This document shows positions 1 to 9,680 of a stretch of 20,000 nucleotides of DNA, in pieces. How positions within the stretch are numbered: the first letter of the stretch is position 1; each line of letters starts with the position of its first letter. Source of the DNA: an uncultured virus (IMG/VR IMGVR_UViG_3300033175_000345) (taxonomy: Duplodnaviria; Heunggongvirae; Uroviricota; Caudoviricetes); IMG/VR virus record IMGVR_UViG_3300033175_000345; one strand, given 5' to 3'. The notes beneath the pieces were generated by a model, which worked only from the letters and a program-made list of their open reading frames with translations, ran no database searches and had not been told where the DNA came from. A program made the translations under genes and the position numbers.

Positions 1-143
1 CACCTCCGTCTGATATATTGTAACCCTGTTTATCCCGTTTTATTGGGATGCAAGCGACGAGGATTGGAACGTGGGACACCGATTAATTAAGAGAAAGAGG
101 CTGTTGGGAGGCAACCGATGAAGCCAACAGTGAGCGGGGTCGA

Positions 144-365
144 ATGATGGAAGACCGATGGCTCTCCGTGGATGAGATTGCTGACCATCTCGGCATCAAG
201 CGGGATACGGTCTACAAGTGGATTAGCGAACGGCAGATGCCGGGCCACAAGATCGGTCGGCTCTGGAAGTTCGACAGAAAAGAAGTGGACGCATGGGTGA
301 AATCCGGCGCAGCCGGCGAAAAGGACAATGAAGACCCCAACCCGACAAAGGACAGGTCGAGATAA
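144..365 (+). CDS. Excisionase-family (HTH_17/MerR-like) DNA-binding protein
   Basis: 73 aa WLSVDEIADHLGIKRDTVYKWISERQMPGHKIGRLWKFDRKEVDAWV is a typical excisionase-type HTH; first gene of the operon; start may be 144 or 147. Confidence 0.9.
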   Translation: MMEDRWLSVDEIADHLGIKRDTVYKWISERQMPGHKIGRLWKFDRKEVDAWVKSGAAGEKDNEDPNPTKDRSR

Positions 366-367
366 AG

Positions 368-1522
368 ATGCCGGATACAGGGAACAAAGGTCATCGACAA
401 CGATTAAGGGGTCGCTTCGCGAGCGGCGAGGAAAGTTCCCGCTCAGAGGAAGCCCTACTGGAGCTTCTGCTGACCTATGCAATCCCGCAAAAGGATGTTC
501 AGCCCCTTGCCGCGCGCCTGCTTTTGGAACACGGCAGCCTTTCTTCCCTGCTGGAAGCTCCGATGGAAACGCTCTGCCAGTCCGATGGCATCAAGGAAAA
601 CAGCGCGGTCCTTCTTAAGCTGGTTGACTGGATTCGTCAGCATCATGGCCTCAAGCAGCCTGCTAAAGAGACGACCAAACCACTGAAGCAAGCCACGCTG
701 TTCGAGACTATTCCCTCGAAGTTCAATCAGGCGCCTTCGGCGGTCGCTGAACCGCGCCGGGAAAAGGTAATCCAGAGGTACGGCACGGAGATGTTCGGCA
801 AGGCCGTGCTCAAGGAGGCCATTCAAATCCTTCCCAGCCTTCCGGATAGCGAGTCGCTGGACGAAATACGCTCCTTCCTCCGCGCCAAGCTCCATTTCAG
901 CGCGGAACAGACCCGGCACCGATATGCCAATTACATCACACGCAGGATATTCCCGGAAGGCTATGCAGACGCCCCTTTGCGTTTATTCGCCAAGGCTTTC
1001 CCGGATGCACAGGAACTTCGGGATGTCTGCTTCTACCGTTTCCTTCTCTCGGAGCCGCTCGAGGTGGAGATGATCGAGGACCTTATCCTTCCCAATCTCG
1101 GCACCGGCCGATTGAGTCGTGAGCGCATACGAAAACGCCTTGCCGAAAAGTTTCCCGAGGCCAAAAGTATCGTTGATTGCGGTAAGGCCATCGTGGATGC
1201 CCTTACCGCGGGAGGGATTGCCAAGGCCGACCGGACTAAGATCAGCTTTGCCTATCGGGATATTCCGGTGACATCCTTCGCTTTTGTTCTTCACAGCGAG
1301 TTCCCGGAACCGGGCATGTACGACATCCGCAAGCTCGATGAGAATCGCATGATTCGGGCCATGCTCTGGAACCCGGAACGGCTCCTCCATGCCCTTTATG
1401 AGCTGCGCAACCAGGGGCTCATCAGCAAGATTTCGGAAATCGATAACATTCGCCAGTTCACGACCAAACACACGCTCGCCGGAGTGGTCGAGCAGATCGT
1501 CTCCGGAGGGAAAAAGCCATGA
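368..1522 (+). CDS. RadC N-terminal (UPF0758 HhH) domain fused to a BrxA-like DNA-binding domain
   Basis: N-terminus GHRQRLRGRF...LLELLLTYAIPQKDVQPLAARLLLEHGSLSSLLEA...DGIKENSAVLLKLV matches the RadC N-domain; no JAB HNHPSG motif. C-terminal ~240 aa (SAEQTRHRYANYITRR; LYELRNQGLI) resembles BrxA, which fits its position at the head of a BREX operon. Confidence 0.7.
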   Translation: MPDTGNKGHRQRLRGRFASGEESSRSEEALLELLLTYAIPQKDVQPLAARLLLEHGSLSSLLEAPMETLCQSDGIKENSAVLLKLVDWIRQHHGLKQPAKETTKPLKQATLFETIPSKFNQAPSAVAEPRREKVIQRYGTEMFGKAVLKEAIQILPSLPDSESLDEIRSFLRAKLHFSAEQTRHRYANYITRRIFPEGYADAPLRLFAKAFPDAQELRDVCFYRFLLSEPLEVEMIEDLILPNLGTGRLSRERIRKRLAEKFPEAKSIVDCGKAIVDALTAGGIAKADRTKISFAYRDIPVTSFAFVLHSEFPEPGMYDIRKLDENRMIRAMLWNPERLLHALYELRNQGLISKISEIDNIRQFTTKHTLAGVVEQIVSGGKKP

Positions 1523-2043
1523 AGTCCACCGAGATCATAGAAGCCATTCGTCAGAAGCTCACGGTTCCCGGTGGGCGGCACCTATATGGCGTTCTGGGCA
1601 CCTACACTCAACTCAACGGGTTCGCCAAGAAACTGACTCAGGCCAAGACCACCGACGGCGATCCTTTTCCCAAACCTGTCAACGTAAACCGTGGCATCCT
1701 GGATGCCATCCCGGATGACGAGTTCAAACAGCTTGCTGAAAACGAAGCCAAGCGTCCTGAACCCACGGCAGCGCATGTGGCCAGGGCCTTCGAGCGGTTC
1801 CTGCGCGCGAATCTCACCGGCAAGGGAATCCTCGTCTTGTCCAATCTGGAGATGCTCTTTGCCTATCACATCGAGCTGAATCTCTTACGAACCATGGCGG
1901 CGGACGAGGACCGGGTGCTGCTTTTCTTGCCCGGCCGGAGGTCGCGCGGTCGGATCATCATGTTTCATGAAATGGACGAGGGCGACTACACGCTGCCCAC
2001 GAACCTGATAGCTGAAAACCATCTGTGGGAGATTAGGGAATAG
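1519..2043 (+). CDS. BrxF/BrxB-like degenerate P-loop protein
   Basis: 174 aa; ILVLSNLEMLF...RVLLFLPG resembles BrxF/BrxB-family motifs; no intact Walker A; ATGA overlap with the upstream gene. Confidence 0.6.
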   Translation: MKSTEIIEAIRQKLTVPGGRHLYGVLGTYTQLNGFAKKLTQAKTTDGDPFPKPVNVNRGILDAIPDDEFKQLAENEAKRPEPTAAHVARAFERFLRANLTGKGILVLSNLEMLFAYHIELNLLRTMAADEDRVLLFLPGRRSRGRIIMFHEMDEGDYTLPTNLIAENHLWEIRE

Positions 2044-2045
2044 CC

Positions 2046-4520
2046 ATGGCCAGAAAATACGATCCGCAAGCTGGAAGCCTCTTCAGGAAGGAAGCCCCAA
2101 AGATGCCGGAGGGTTACTATTCCGGCGATCAACCGAACCCGAACCTGCGGGCGTTCGTCGAGCAGCATATCAAAGAGCGGCCATATGATCCGGAAACAGA
2201 TATCTACGAAATACAGCCAATGACTGACGAGCTTCAAGTGGAACGTTCTGAACCTGTCTATGAGATGCACAGTTATTGGTCGAAAAAGCCGCCCTCCGCC
2301 ATTGATACCTACATAAAACACTACTCTGAAGTTGGAGATGTAGTACTAGACCCATTCTGTGGTTCAGGTACTACCATGGTTTCGGCTTTACGCCTTGGCA
2401 GAAACGCTATTGGTATTGATTTAAGCCCAGCAGCGACTTTTATAGCTAGTGGATACGTTTATCCCTTTGACACAAGAGCCGTTGATCGTGCCTTCAAGAA
2501 ATTTCTCTCCGTTCTGAGCGATAAATGCGGATATCTATATGACACCCATACCTCGAAAGGCGATGAAGCCACTATTGTCTATATTCGCTGGTCATCTCGA
2601 CTTCGTTGCCCACGTTGTATGGAAATAGTCACCGTTCGAGATGCAGTTCAATCTGCGGAACGGAATAGAGTTGACGACGGTCTGGTTTGTCCAGTCTGTG
2701 CACAACGCTCTGTTATTGAACTCCTATCGTCACGCAGAGGGAAGCTACCTCCCGTTCCAGTTGAAATGCAGGTTATTACCAAAGGGACGCGCCGCAAAGA
2801 GATGGTTGCTTTTGATGGCAAAGGGCAAGATGGCAAACTCCAGATAAAGGCCGAAGGCATACGAAATGGGATAAATCGGGCGCATATTGAGATTCCTCAG
2901 AAAGCGTTAAGCCTTAGGTTGGGGGCTAATGGGTATAAGCTTGCGAAAGATGCAATCTGGCCACGTGCTTCAGTAGTACTTGATACGGCTTTGACGCTAC
3001 TTGATGAGTGGAATGATCCCATAGAAAGACACTACCTAACGTTTTTACTTTCATCTATGTTGATGAATTTTTCCGTCATGTATTCGGATAGAGATCGCGG
3101 TGGCCAACCAACACTTGGTAGGCTCTCTCCGACACCACTGGCTCGAGAAATCAATCCTCTTCTTGTTTTGAAACGTAAACATGAACGTTTGCTTAAAGGC
3201 ATTGATAGCAAGAAGTGTGAAGGGAAATGTCTCATATCTACCCAAAGCGCCACTGACTTGAGTCAGATATCTTCAAATAGTATTGATTACGTGTTCACTG
3301 ATCCTCCATATGGTGACAAGATTGATTTTTGGGAGTTGAACTTACTCTGGGAGGCATGGCTAGGCTTCAACCGAGGATGGGACAAGGAAGAGGTCATTAT
3401 CAACAAGCATCTCGACAAGGGACAAGATGAATGGTTTTCCTTGATGAAAGGTGCATTTGCGGAGATATATCGCGTCCTCAAACCAGGGCGTTGGCTATCT
3501 CTGTGTTACCACGACACCTCAGAGGGAACGTGGGAAGATGTTAAGGATATCGCCAGCGAGGTAGGTTTTATACCTGACGAGGCGGATAGCGCTGTTACAA
3601 TTGGTACAGCCGAAAGCAGAATCCATATCGCAAAACGCGAGGGGATAATTAAGCGCGATATTGTTGTTAATTTCCGTAAGCCCAAACCTGGGGAAACAAA
3701 ATCTACTATAGCCATTACCGGCAACGAAGATAAAACGACCTTTAATGAAAAGGTCCGCCAGATCATCCGCGACTATCTTGATACGAGTCCCGGTTCTACG
3801 AAAGACCGCGTTTATGACGAGGTCGTCAGCCGGATGGTTCGTACCGGCCAGATGGAGGCCCATGATTTCAACGAACTCCTCGGGCAAGTTGCAGAAGAGG
3901 CAAAGATCGAGCGCGGGAAAAATGGCGGTGGACGATGGTACCTGAAAGAGACCGAGTTGGTAATCGCCGACGCTGCCGAAAACGCACGTGAGGATTCGGC
4001 AGCCGAGAAGCTCGGAGTGTTCATCAAGGGGTTTCTCAAGAAGAACCTCGGAGACGAAGGCGTCCACTACAGCGACCTTTTCGAGCACTACATTTACGCG
4101 GTAAAGGACAAGCCGCGCCGCCAACTGGCCGAGTTCCTGCCCGACTATTTTTACAAAACCGACCAAGGAACCTGGCGACTTCCCGCCTCCGAGGAGGAGG
4201 ATAAGGCCAAGCGTGAAGCCCGGGTCAAGGGCCTGGGCCGGAGGGTGAAGCGCTACATCGCCCAGCTCGAACTGGGCGCTATCATTACTGAGCACGAAAG
4301 GCCAAACGACGCAACCATTGCCGAGTGGATACGCCACTGCAAGCGGGCCGGACTCTACGAGCAGGGCAAGCTCTTGTACGAGAAAGGTGGACTTAATCCC
4401 GACAACCTGCCCGAGGAGGCCATGGTCAACGTCGAGGAAGATTACCAGGTTTGCGCACGCATGATAGCCAGAGGCGCGGTGGATGAAAGCGGTAAGAAGC
4501 GGAAACGGAGGGGGGAATAA
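2046..4520 (+). CDS. BREX-associated amino-DNA methyltransferase (probably N6-adenine) with zinc ribbon
   Basis: HSYWSKKP, SAM-binding motif I VLDPFCGSGTT (~2349), CPRC...CPVC zinc ribbon, catalytic motif IV DYVFTDPPY (DPPY at 3300-3311), YRVLKPGR; long C-terminal extension. Confidence 0.9.
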   Translation: MARKYDPQAGSLFRKEAPKMPEGYYSGDQPNPNLRAFVEQHIKERPYDPETDIYEIQPMTDELQVERSEPVYEMHSYWSKKPPSAIDTYIKHYSEVGDVVLDPFCGSGTTMVSALRLGRNAIGIDLSPAATFIASGYVYPFDTRAVDRAFKKFLSVLSDKCGYLYDTHTSKGDEATIVYIRWSSRLRCPRCMEIVTVRDAVQSAERNRVDDGLVCPVCAQRSVIELLSSRRGKLPPVPVEMQVITKGTRRKEMVAFDGKGQDGKLQIKAEGIRNGINRAHIEIPQKALSLRLGANGYKLAKDAIWPRASVVLDTALTLLDEWNDPIERHYLTFLLSSMLMNFSVMYSDRDRGGQPTLGRLSPTPLAREINPLLVLKRKHERLLKGIDSKKCEGKCLISTQSATDLSQISSNSIDYVFTDPPYGDKIDFWELNLLWEAWLGFNRGWDKEEVIINKHLDKGQDEWFSLMKGAFAEIYRVLKPGRWLSLCYHDTSEGTWEDVKDIASEVGFIPDEADSAVTIGTAESRIHIAKREGIIKRDIVVNFRKPKPGETKSTIAITGNEDKTTFNEKVRQIIRDYLDTSPGSTKDRVYDEVVSRMVRTGQMEAHDFNELLGQVAEEAKIERGKNGGGRWYLKETELVIADAAENAREDSAAEKLGVFIKGFLKKNLGDEGVHYSDLFEHYIYAVKDKPRRQLAEFLPDYFYKTDQGTWRLPASEEEDKAKREARVKGLGRRVKRYIAQLELGAIITEHERPNDATIAEWIRHCKRAGLYEQGKLLYEKGGLNPDNLPEEAMVNVEEDYQVCARMIARGAVDESGKKRKRRGE

Positions 4521-4525
4521 CGAGG

Positions 4526-5332
4526 ATGTCGAAGTACGATCCACTGACCGCATTCCTACGGAATCGACCCCAGGAGGAAGAGAAACTCGCGCTCTCCCTG
4601 GACGAAATTGAGCGTGTCTTGGGGACTGACCTTCCCAGAACGGCAAAAATCGACCGCCCGTGGTGGGCCAATACACGCTCGAGCCTGCACGCATTAAGAT
4701 GGCTCGATGCCGGCTGGAAGGTGGATAAGGTCGACTTTAAGGCTGGCTATGTAACTTTCATCAGGACTGGTGTGGAAGCTGTCGAATCCAATATCGGCCG
4801 GAATCGTTATGAGAACTTGCAGCGTTTCTTTAAAAGCGCCCCACCACAGCAGGAACAGATCGCATTGACGTTTAAGGAGTTGGCTGCGGTATTGGGTGGA
4901 AAACTACCTGTGACGGCCTCTCACGATAGACCGTGGTGGGCCAACACAAAATCCAGCCCGCAAGGCTCTTCTTGGATGGCCGCAGGGTGGAAGGTTGAAA
5001 GGGTTTATCTCAAGGCGCAGATCGTGACTTTCAGGCGCAAGGGAGTGAACCCTCTCACAAGCATACCGCGTTACGTTGAAGGCCTCCTTAATGGTTCAAC
5101 CCATTATGGCCGCCCAACGCCGAATACCCTCGCAAGCTGGTTACGGTTTTGTAAGCGCGTGGGGTGGTATTTCGAGGCTACGGTTCTGTATGAACGGGGT
5201 GGTCTTAACACAGATATGCTCAGTGAAAGTGAATGCGCAGAGGTTGATGAGGACTATGCCGTCTGCAAGCGCGAACTGAGTCGTTACAAGGACGACACAA
5301 ATGCGATGAAGAAGAGGAATTGCCATGGCTAA
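4526..5332 (+). CDS. Hypothetical protein: two tandem 'WWAN' (DUF7662-like) domains plus a C-terminal domain shared with the upstream methyltransferase
   Basis: Two ~80 aa repeats (LPRTAKIDRPWWANT..WLDAGWKV / LPVTASHDRPWWANT..WMAAGWKV). The C-terminal segment aligns without gaps to the methyltransferase C-terminus. Starts 5 nt after the methyltransferase stop and overlaps the next gene. Confidence 0.8.
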   Translation: MSKYDPLTAFLRNRPQEEEKLALSLDEIERVLGTDLPRTAKIDRPWWANTRSSLHALRWLDAGWKVDKVDFKAGYVTFIRTGVEAVESNIGRNRYENLQRFFKSAPPQQEQIALTFKELAAVLGGKLPVTASHDRPWWANTKSSPQGSSWMAAGWKVERVYLKAQIVTFRRKGVNPLTSIPRYVEGLLNGSTHYGRPTPNTLASWLRFCKRVGWYFEATVLYERGGLNTDMLSESECAEVDEDYAVCKRELSRYKDDTNAMKKRNCHG

Positions 5333-8300
5333 TACCGACGATCTTTTTACCGCCAGACAGAACCTGGCCGAGATTTGCACGGTCCCGGACAAGATCATTT
5401 CCGTCTATTCCCTGGAAAAACACGTCTGGGCCGACTCGAACTCCGAAGCCAGCCGCAAAGCCCGCAAGCCGGAGCTGCAGACCATTGAGGAGTTTCAGAT
5501 CGATCCGGTCAGACCATTCCTCACGGATATTCTGCGCAATATGGCAGCCCCCTGGAAGCGTGACCGAAAGGATAATCCGGTTGGTCAGGGCTATTGGATT
5601 CAGGCGGAGTTCGGCTCCGGTAAATCACACCTGCTCTGCTGTCTTTCCGCATTGGCACTTGGACGGAAAGATGCATGGGACATCGTCAAAAAGAAGGAGG
5701 ACGCCTCCGGCCGCGGCAAGCGCGAGTCTCTCTACCGTTTCTGGGAGGAGGGTATCGAGGCCAAGAGCGGCAAGGGGACCAAAGGCATCTTTGTCATCGT
5801 CAAGACGCTGGTAGGAGCAGGCAGCGGCACAGTGGGTTTGACCGATAAGGGCCGGCGTCTCTCCGAGTACATTCTGGATGCGGCCAAGGATCAGATACAG
5901 GTCGAGCTCGGCAAGAACATCTCCTTGTATCCGGTGGAGCTGTTGGCTGATCGCTTCATTACTGAGGACCTGGAGCGCTACCGGAAAGACCTATCCAAAT
6001 TCCTGCGCGACCCAAAATTCTTCGACGAGGATGAATTCGAAGAGGTTGACGACTTTATCCGGACCATCCAGCAGAACAAGACCCCGGAATACAAGCGGAG
6101 CTGCGGTAACAAGCTCTGGCGCTTTTATACCGAATACCTGAAAGTCCAGCCTCAGATCGCCGCAGAGACTGAGGACATCCTCACGCACATGACGGAAACG
6201 ATCTTGGCCGAGGGGTATAGCGGGGTCCTGTTGGTGTTGGACGAGGTGTCCTTGTTCATGAAGAACCGGGACGAGGATCAGCGGACCGACGACGAAAAGA
6301 CTCTGGTCGTATTGTCCAACCGGCTGGCGAAAATCCACAACCTGCCCGTGTGGACCGTCTGCGCGGCCCAGCAGGCTATCGAAAGCAAAATGGGGGTCAA
6401 GAACATCATTGCCGATGACCGGCTGAAGCTGGTGAAGCTGCTCGAAGAGGACAAGGACTATTATGATATCGTTCTGGCGCGCGTCAGAGAAATCAAAGTC
6501 CCGGCAGCTATCAGCAATTATTACCTCCATTACAAACGAGGATTCACCTGGCCGAACAGCATCGGCGAGACGGACTTCCGCCACTTCTTCCCATTCCACA
6601 AGCCTGCCATCGAGGTGCTACGGGCCATCACGTATGAACTGACCACGACCCGCTCCGCGATCCATTTCATGCATCAGACCCTGAAGCATCAGATCAAGAA
6701 TAAGGGGCGGGAGCTCATCCGCCTATGGGAACTGTTCGACGAGGCTGTTCGGTACGAGGAGGACCCGAGTGGCGTGCATGCCGGGCTGGTGGCCATCAAA
6801 ACGAAACGGGAGACGGACTATCGGGCTTACGAGGCCTGCAAGCGCCAGATCGATGGTCTGACCAAGGGATACTTGAAGGTTCACCGCGACAAGGGCGTCA
6901 AGGTCATCCAGACCCTTTTCCTTTACCACATCGCCCGCACGCGCCAGCAGGGTATCACGCCCGAAGAGATCGCCAACTCGGTGCTCATCGAGCGGGACAC
7001 CGATGCGAATCCGGATGAAAACAACCAGCACTATGAAACCATCGCCGACAACCTCAAAAAAGAACTGCGGCAGATCGTGCAGGCTTTCGATGAGGAGAAG
7101 CGACCAAGGTACCGCTTTGATCCCGTCTTTACCGGGGTCGATCCGAGGGATGAATTCCAGAAGGCCAGAGACGAAGCGGAATCCAATGAAGCCATGCAGA
7201 AGGAGGCCTGGGACCATCTTCTAGCGCTGGATGAATGGCCCGTGCGCACCCGCCAGATGACTATAGATCTGTCCAGCGGTGTGCGGTCCACGTTCCGGGA
7301 CATCGCGCCATTTATTGCGCCGTGGGAGGACAAGGGCGCAGTCCGCTCAGGGGACCAAAACCTGGATGTGGTTTGGCAGGGACGGCAGATCACGGGGCGA
7401 GTGGGCATGCGCGATCTCGGGCGAATGTTTGCGGACAATCAGCCCTTGCCGCCAATCGAAAGCGACCAGACGGATTTTGATTTCGCTGTCTATATTGGCG
7501 CACGGCACGTCGCAGACACCTCGATTCTCAAACTGATCGAGCGGCGCAAGGACCCTCGCGTTCTTCTCTGGACTCCAGCGGAACTGACCCAGGAAGAACG
7601 TGATCGGCTCATCGATTTCGCCGCCTACCGCAAACTCATTTCCGACTGGCAAGGCAAGGAAACCGAGGATGCGGTGGCGGTGGTCAACTGGGTTTCCAAT
7701 GCGCTTCAATCCGATCTCGCCAAGATCGTGAAGATTGTGGATAACAGCTACGCCCGGGGCCGCGTGGACGCAATGAATAACACCCAAATGGAGTTCCGCG
7801 TGGCCGGCGAACTGGCGGCTATCTTAACGCCGTTGGTAGATCGGGTGCTTACCGCCGCTTATGTGTCCAGGGACATCAAGTTCGATCCGCCCTTCGTATT
7901 CCGCAAGGAGGAAGGGGTCAAAGTGATCAATGGCATCGTCAAGACAGGCCGGATTCCCAAGGGGGCGAAGCCCAATCAGAACATAAGCGCCGCGCAGAAC
8001 TTCGGCTTCGGCTTGAACATCATGAAAAAGAGCGCAGAGAAGGAGCTGGATGTTTCGGGCAACACCTATGTGCATGAAATGTGGGCTTTCGTCGATGACA
8101 AGCTGACCGACGACGGGCAAACCATGAAAATGGACACCCTTTATAAGAACTTCATGGGCATCGGGGGGCCGAAGGACTATGGGCTCACCCGGCGCATGGT
8201 TCAGCTTTACATGCTCTGCCTCGTCCGGGAAGGCCGAGTGCGAGTCACCGTGGGGGCAAAGGCCGGGCTTGCCATCCCCATGCTCGATTACTCCAACATA

Positions 8301-9668
8301 GCGGAAGTAGAGTTTTCGACCAAAGTACTGGATGCATTGGGCGAGATTCAGAAAGTAGCCAAACCCGAGAATTGGGAAGTCTTAAGACCCTATGCGGAAA
8401 AACTGCTCGGCATCGAAATCCCGTCCACTCAGGACGACGCCATTATTTCCGAACACCGGACCAAGCTGCGGCAACTGTTCGCCCAGGAAAGGGAGTCCTT
8501 CTCACGGGTAGCGAGCCGGGCTCAGAGCCTGTTTGACGCACTCAAGTCAACCAACCCGTATGAAGCGGAACTGACGCAGGTCGCGAAACTCTTTGCCGCA
8601 AACATCGAGGGCGGCGACGACATCCACCTCCTTTTGTACGCCCTCAAAGAGGCCATGGGGTATCAGGCCTTTGATACGAATATGGCGGCACCTGCCGAAG
8701 TGGATGATCTTGCCAATCGACTGAAAAACTACAAAGACATTCGGGCGTTTCTTGATTACGAGACCGAGCTCAGGACCGCTCATGCCTACTGCGCCATTAC
8801 CCTTGGGGATCAAAAAGAACTAAATGAGGCTCGAAAGTCTATCGAAACCGTCCGAACCAAGCTTGGCAACCTGAAGGACTATATTGATTCCGACGTCAAG
8901 CTGAAGACTGAACTCGTGGGACATTTCCCGCCGGTCGAGGGGGAAAAGGACACGATTGCCTCGATGATCCGAGATTACTCATCCGTATACCTGCCGATGC
9001 ACGAATCCGCGGTGAACAAAATTGATGGGAGCCGCAAGAAGATTCTGGATATCATGATGGGAGCCGATATCAAGGCCCTTGAAGTTCTTGACGGTATCAC
9101 GGCACTCCAACCCGCAAGCACGGACAAACTGATCGCCCGCCTGACTCAGCTTCGCGCAGAGGTGTTCGAGTGTCCTTCGCCTTCGCGGGCTTCCGTCGAG
9201 GATCACCTGCGCAGCGGCCCGCTACATGAATGCGGCTTGTCGTTTGTGAATGCGTCAACCCATGTGCAAACGGCAGACGGAGCCGCCAGAAAAGCCAGCC
9301 AGTTGCTCGACGAGGCGTTTCGGCGAAAGATGGATGTGTTCATGAATCCTGCGGTGCGGGAACGTCTGGAGCAGGGCAAGTCTGAGCCTGCCATCTCAGG
9401 GCTCTTGGCATGTAAGACCACCGATGAACTGCGCGCATATTTTATAAAGGCGGTCCAGGAAACGCCTGATCTTGTGGACATCATTAATAAGTACCTCAAG
9501 CGCATCGTCGTGAAGCGGGTCAGAATGGCCGATTTCAGGCCCAAAACAGGCACCATCCAAAAAGATCAGGTTGGGAATGTGGCGGAGGAATTCGGCCGCT
9601 TCCTGGAATCACAGTTCACCGGTAACGAGGGAGACGACGACTCCCTTCCAATGCTTCAGTTGGAATAG
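5325..9668 (+). CDS. brxC: BrxC/PglY-like large P-loop ATPase
   Basis: 1447 aa; Walker A variant YWIQAEFGSGKSHL, Walker B VLLVLDEVS, FPFH motif, coiled-coil-like C-terminus; directly upstream of pglZ. Confidence 0.85.
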   Translation: MANTDDLFTARQNLAEICTVPDKIISVYSLEKHVWADSNSEASRKARKPELQTIEEFQIDPVRPFLTDILRNMAAPWKRDRKDNPVGQGYWIQAEFGSGKSHLLCCLSALALGRKDAWDIVKKKEDASGRGKRESLYRFWEEGIEAKSGKGTKGIFVIVKTLVGAGSGTVGLTDKGRRLSEYILDAAKDQIQVELGKNISLYPVELLADRFITEDLERYRKDLSKFLRDPKFFDEDEFEEVDDFIRTIQQNKTPEYKRSCGNKLWRFYTEYLKVQPQIAAETEDILTHMTETILAEGYSGVLLVLDEVSLFMKNRDEDQRTDDEKTLVVLSNRLAKIHNLPVWTVCAAQQAIESKMGVKNIIADDRLKLVKLLEEDKDYYDIVLARVREIKVPAAISNYYLHYKRGFTWPNSIGETDFRHFFPFHKPAIEVLRAITYELTTTRSAIHFMHQTLKHQIKNKGRELIRLWELFDEAVRYEEDPSGVHAGLVAIKTKRETDYRAYEACKRQIDGLTKGYLKVHRDKGVKVIQTLFLYHIARTRQQGITPEEIANSVLIERDTDANPDENNQHYETIADNLKKELRQIVQAFDEEKRPRYRFDPVFTGVDPRDEFQKARDEAESNEAMQKEAWDHLLALDEWPVRTRQMTIDLSSGVRSTFRDIAPFIAPWEDKGAVRSGDQNLDVVWQGRQITGRVGMRDLGRMFADNQPLPPIESDQTDFDFAVYIGARHVADTSILKLIERRKDPRVLLWTPAELTQEERDRLIDFAAYRKLISDWQGKETEDAVAVVNWVSNALQSDLAKIVKIVDNSYARGRVDAMNNTQMEFRVAGELAAILTPLVDRVLTAAYVSRDIKFDPPFVFRKEEGVKVINGIVKTGRIPKGAKPNQNISAAQNFGFGLNIMKKSAEKELDVSGNTYVHEMWAFVDDKLTDDGQTMKMDTLYKNFMGIGGPKDYGLTRRMVQLYMLCLVREGRVRVTVGAKAGLAIPMLDYSNIAEVEFSTKVLDALGEIQKVAKPENWEVLRPYAEKLLGIEIPSTQDDAIISEHRTKLRQLFAQERESFSRVASRAQSLFDALKSTNPYEAELTQVAKLFAANIEGGDDIHLLLYALKEAMGYQAFDTNMAAPAEVDDLANRLKNYKDIRAFLDYETELRTAHAYCAITLGDQKELNEARKSIETVRTKLGNLKDYIDSDVKLKTELVGHFPPVEGEKDTIASMIRDYSSVYLPMHESAVNKIDGSRKKILDIMMGADIKALEVLDGITALQPASTDKLIARLTQLRAEVFECPSPSRASVEDHLRSGPLHECGLSFVNASTHVQTADGAARKASQLLDEAFRRKMDVFMNPAVRERLEQGKSEPAISGLLACKTTDELRAYFIKAVQETPDLVDIINKYLKRIVVKRVRMADFRPKTGTIQKDQVGNVAEEFGRFLESQFTGNEGDDDSLPMLQLE

Positions 9669-9680
9669 GAGGCTGCGTCG

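Noticed and set aside
1..143. Operon promoter
   Set aside because: AT-rich patches are present, but no convincing -35/-10 pair could be assigned.
368..1522. DNA repair protein RadC
   Set aside because: Only the N-terminal HhH part is present; the JAB domain motif is missing.
3519..4694. 391 aa minus-strand ORF
   Set aside because: Antisense shadow of the methyltransferase and the next gene; no recognisable motifs. The same applies to the other minus-strand ORFs.
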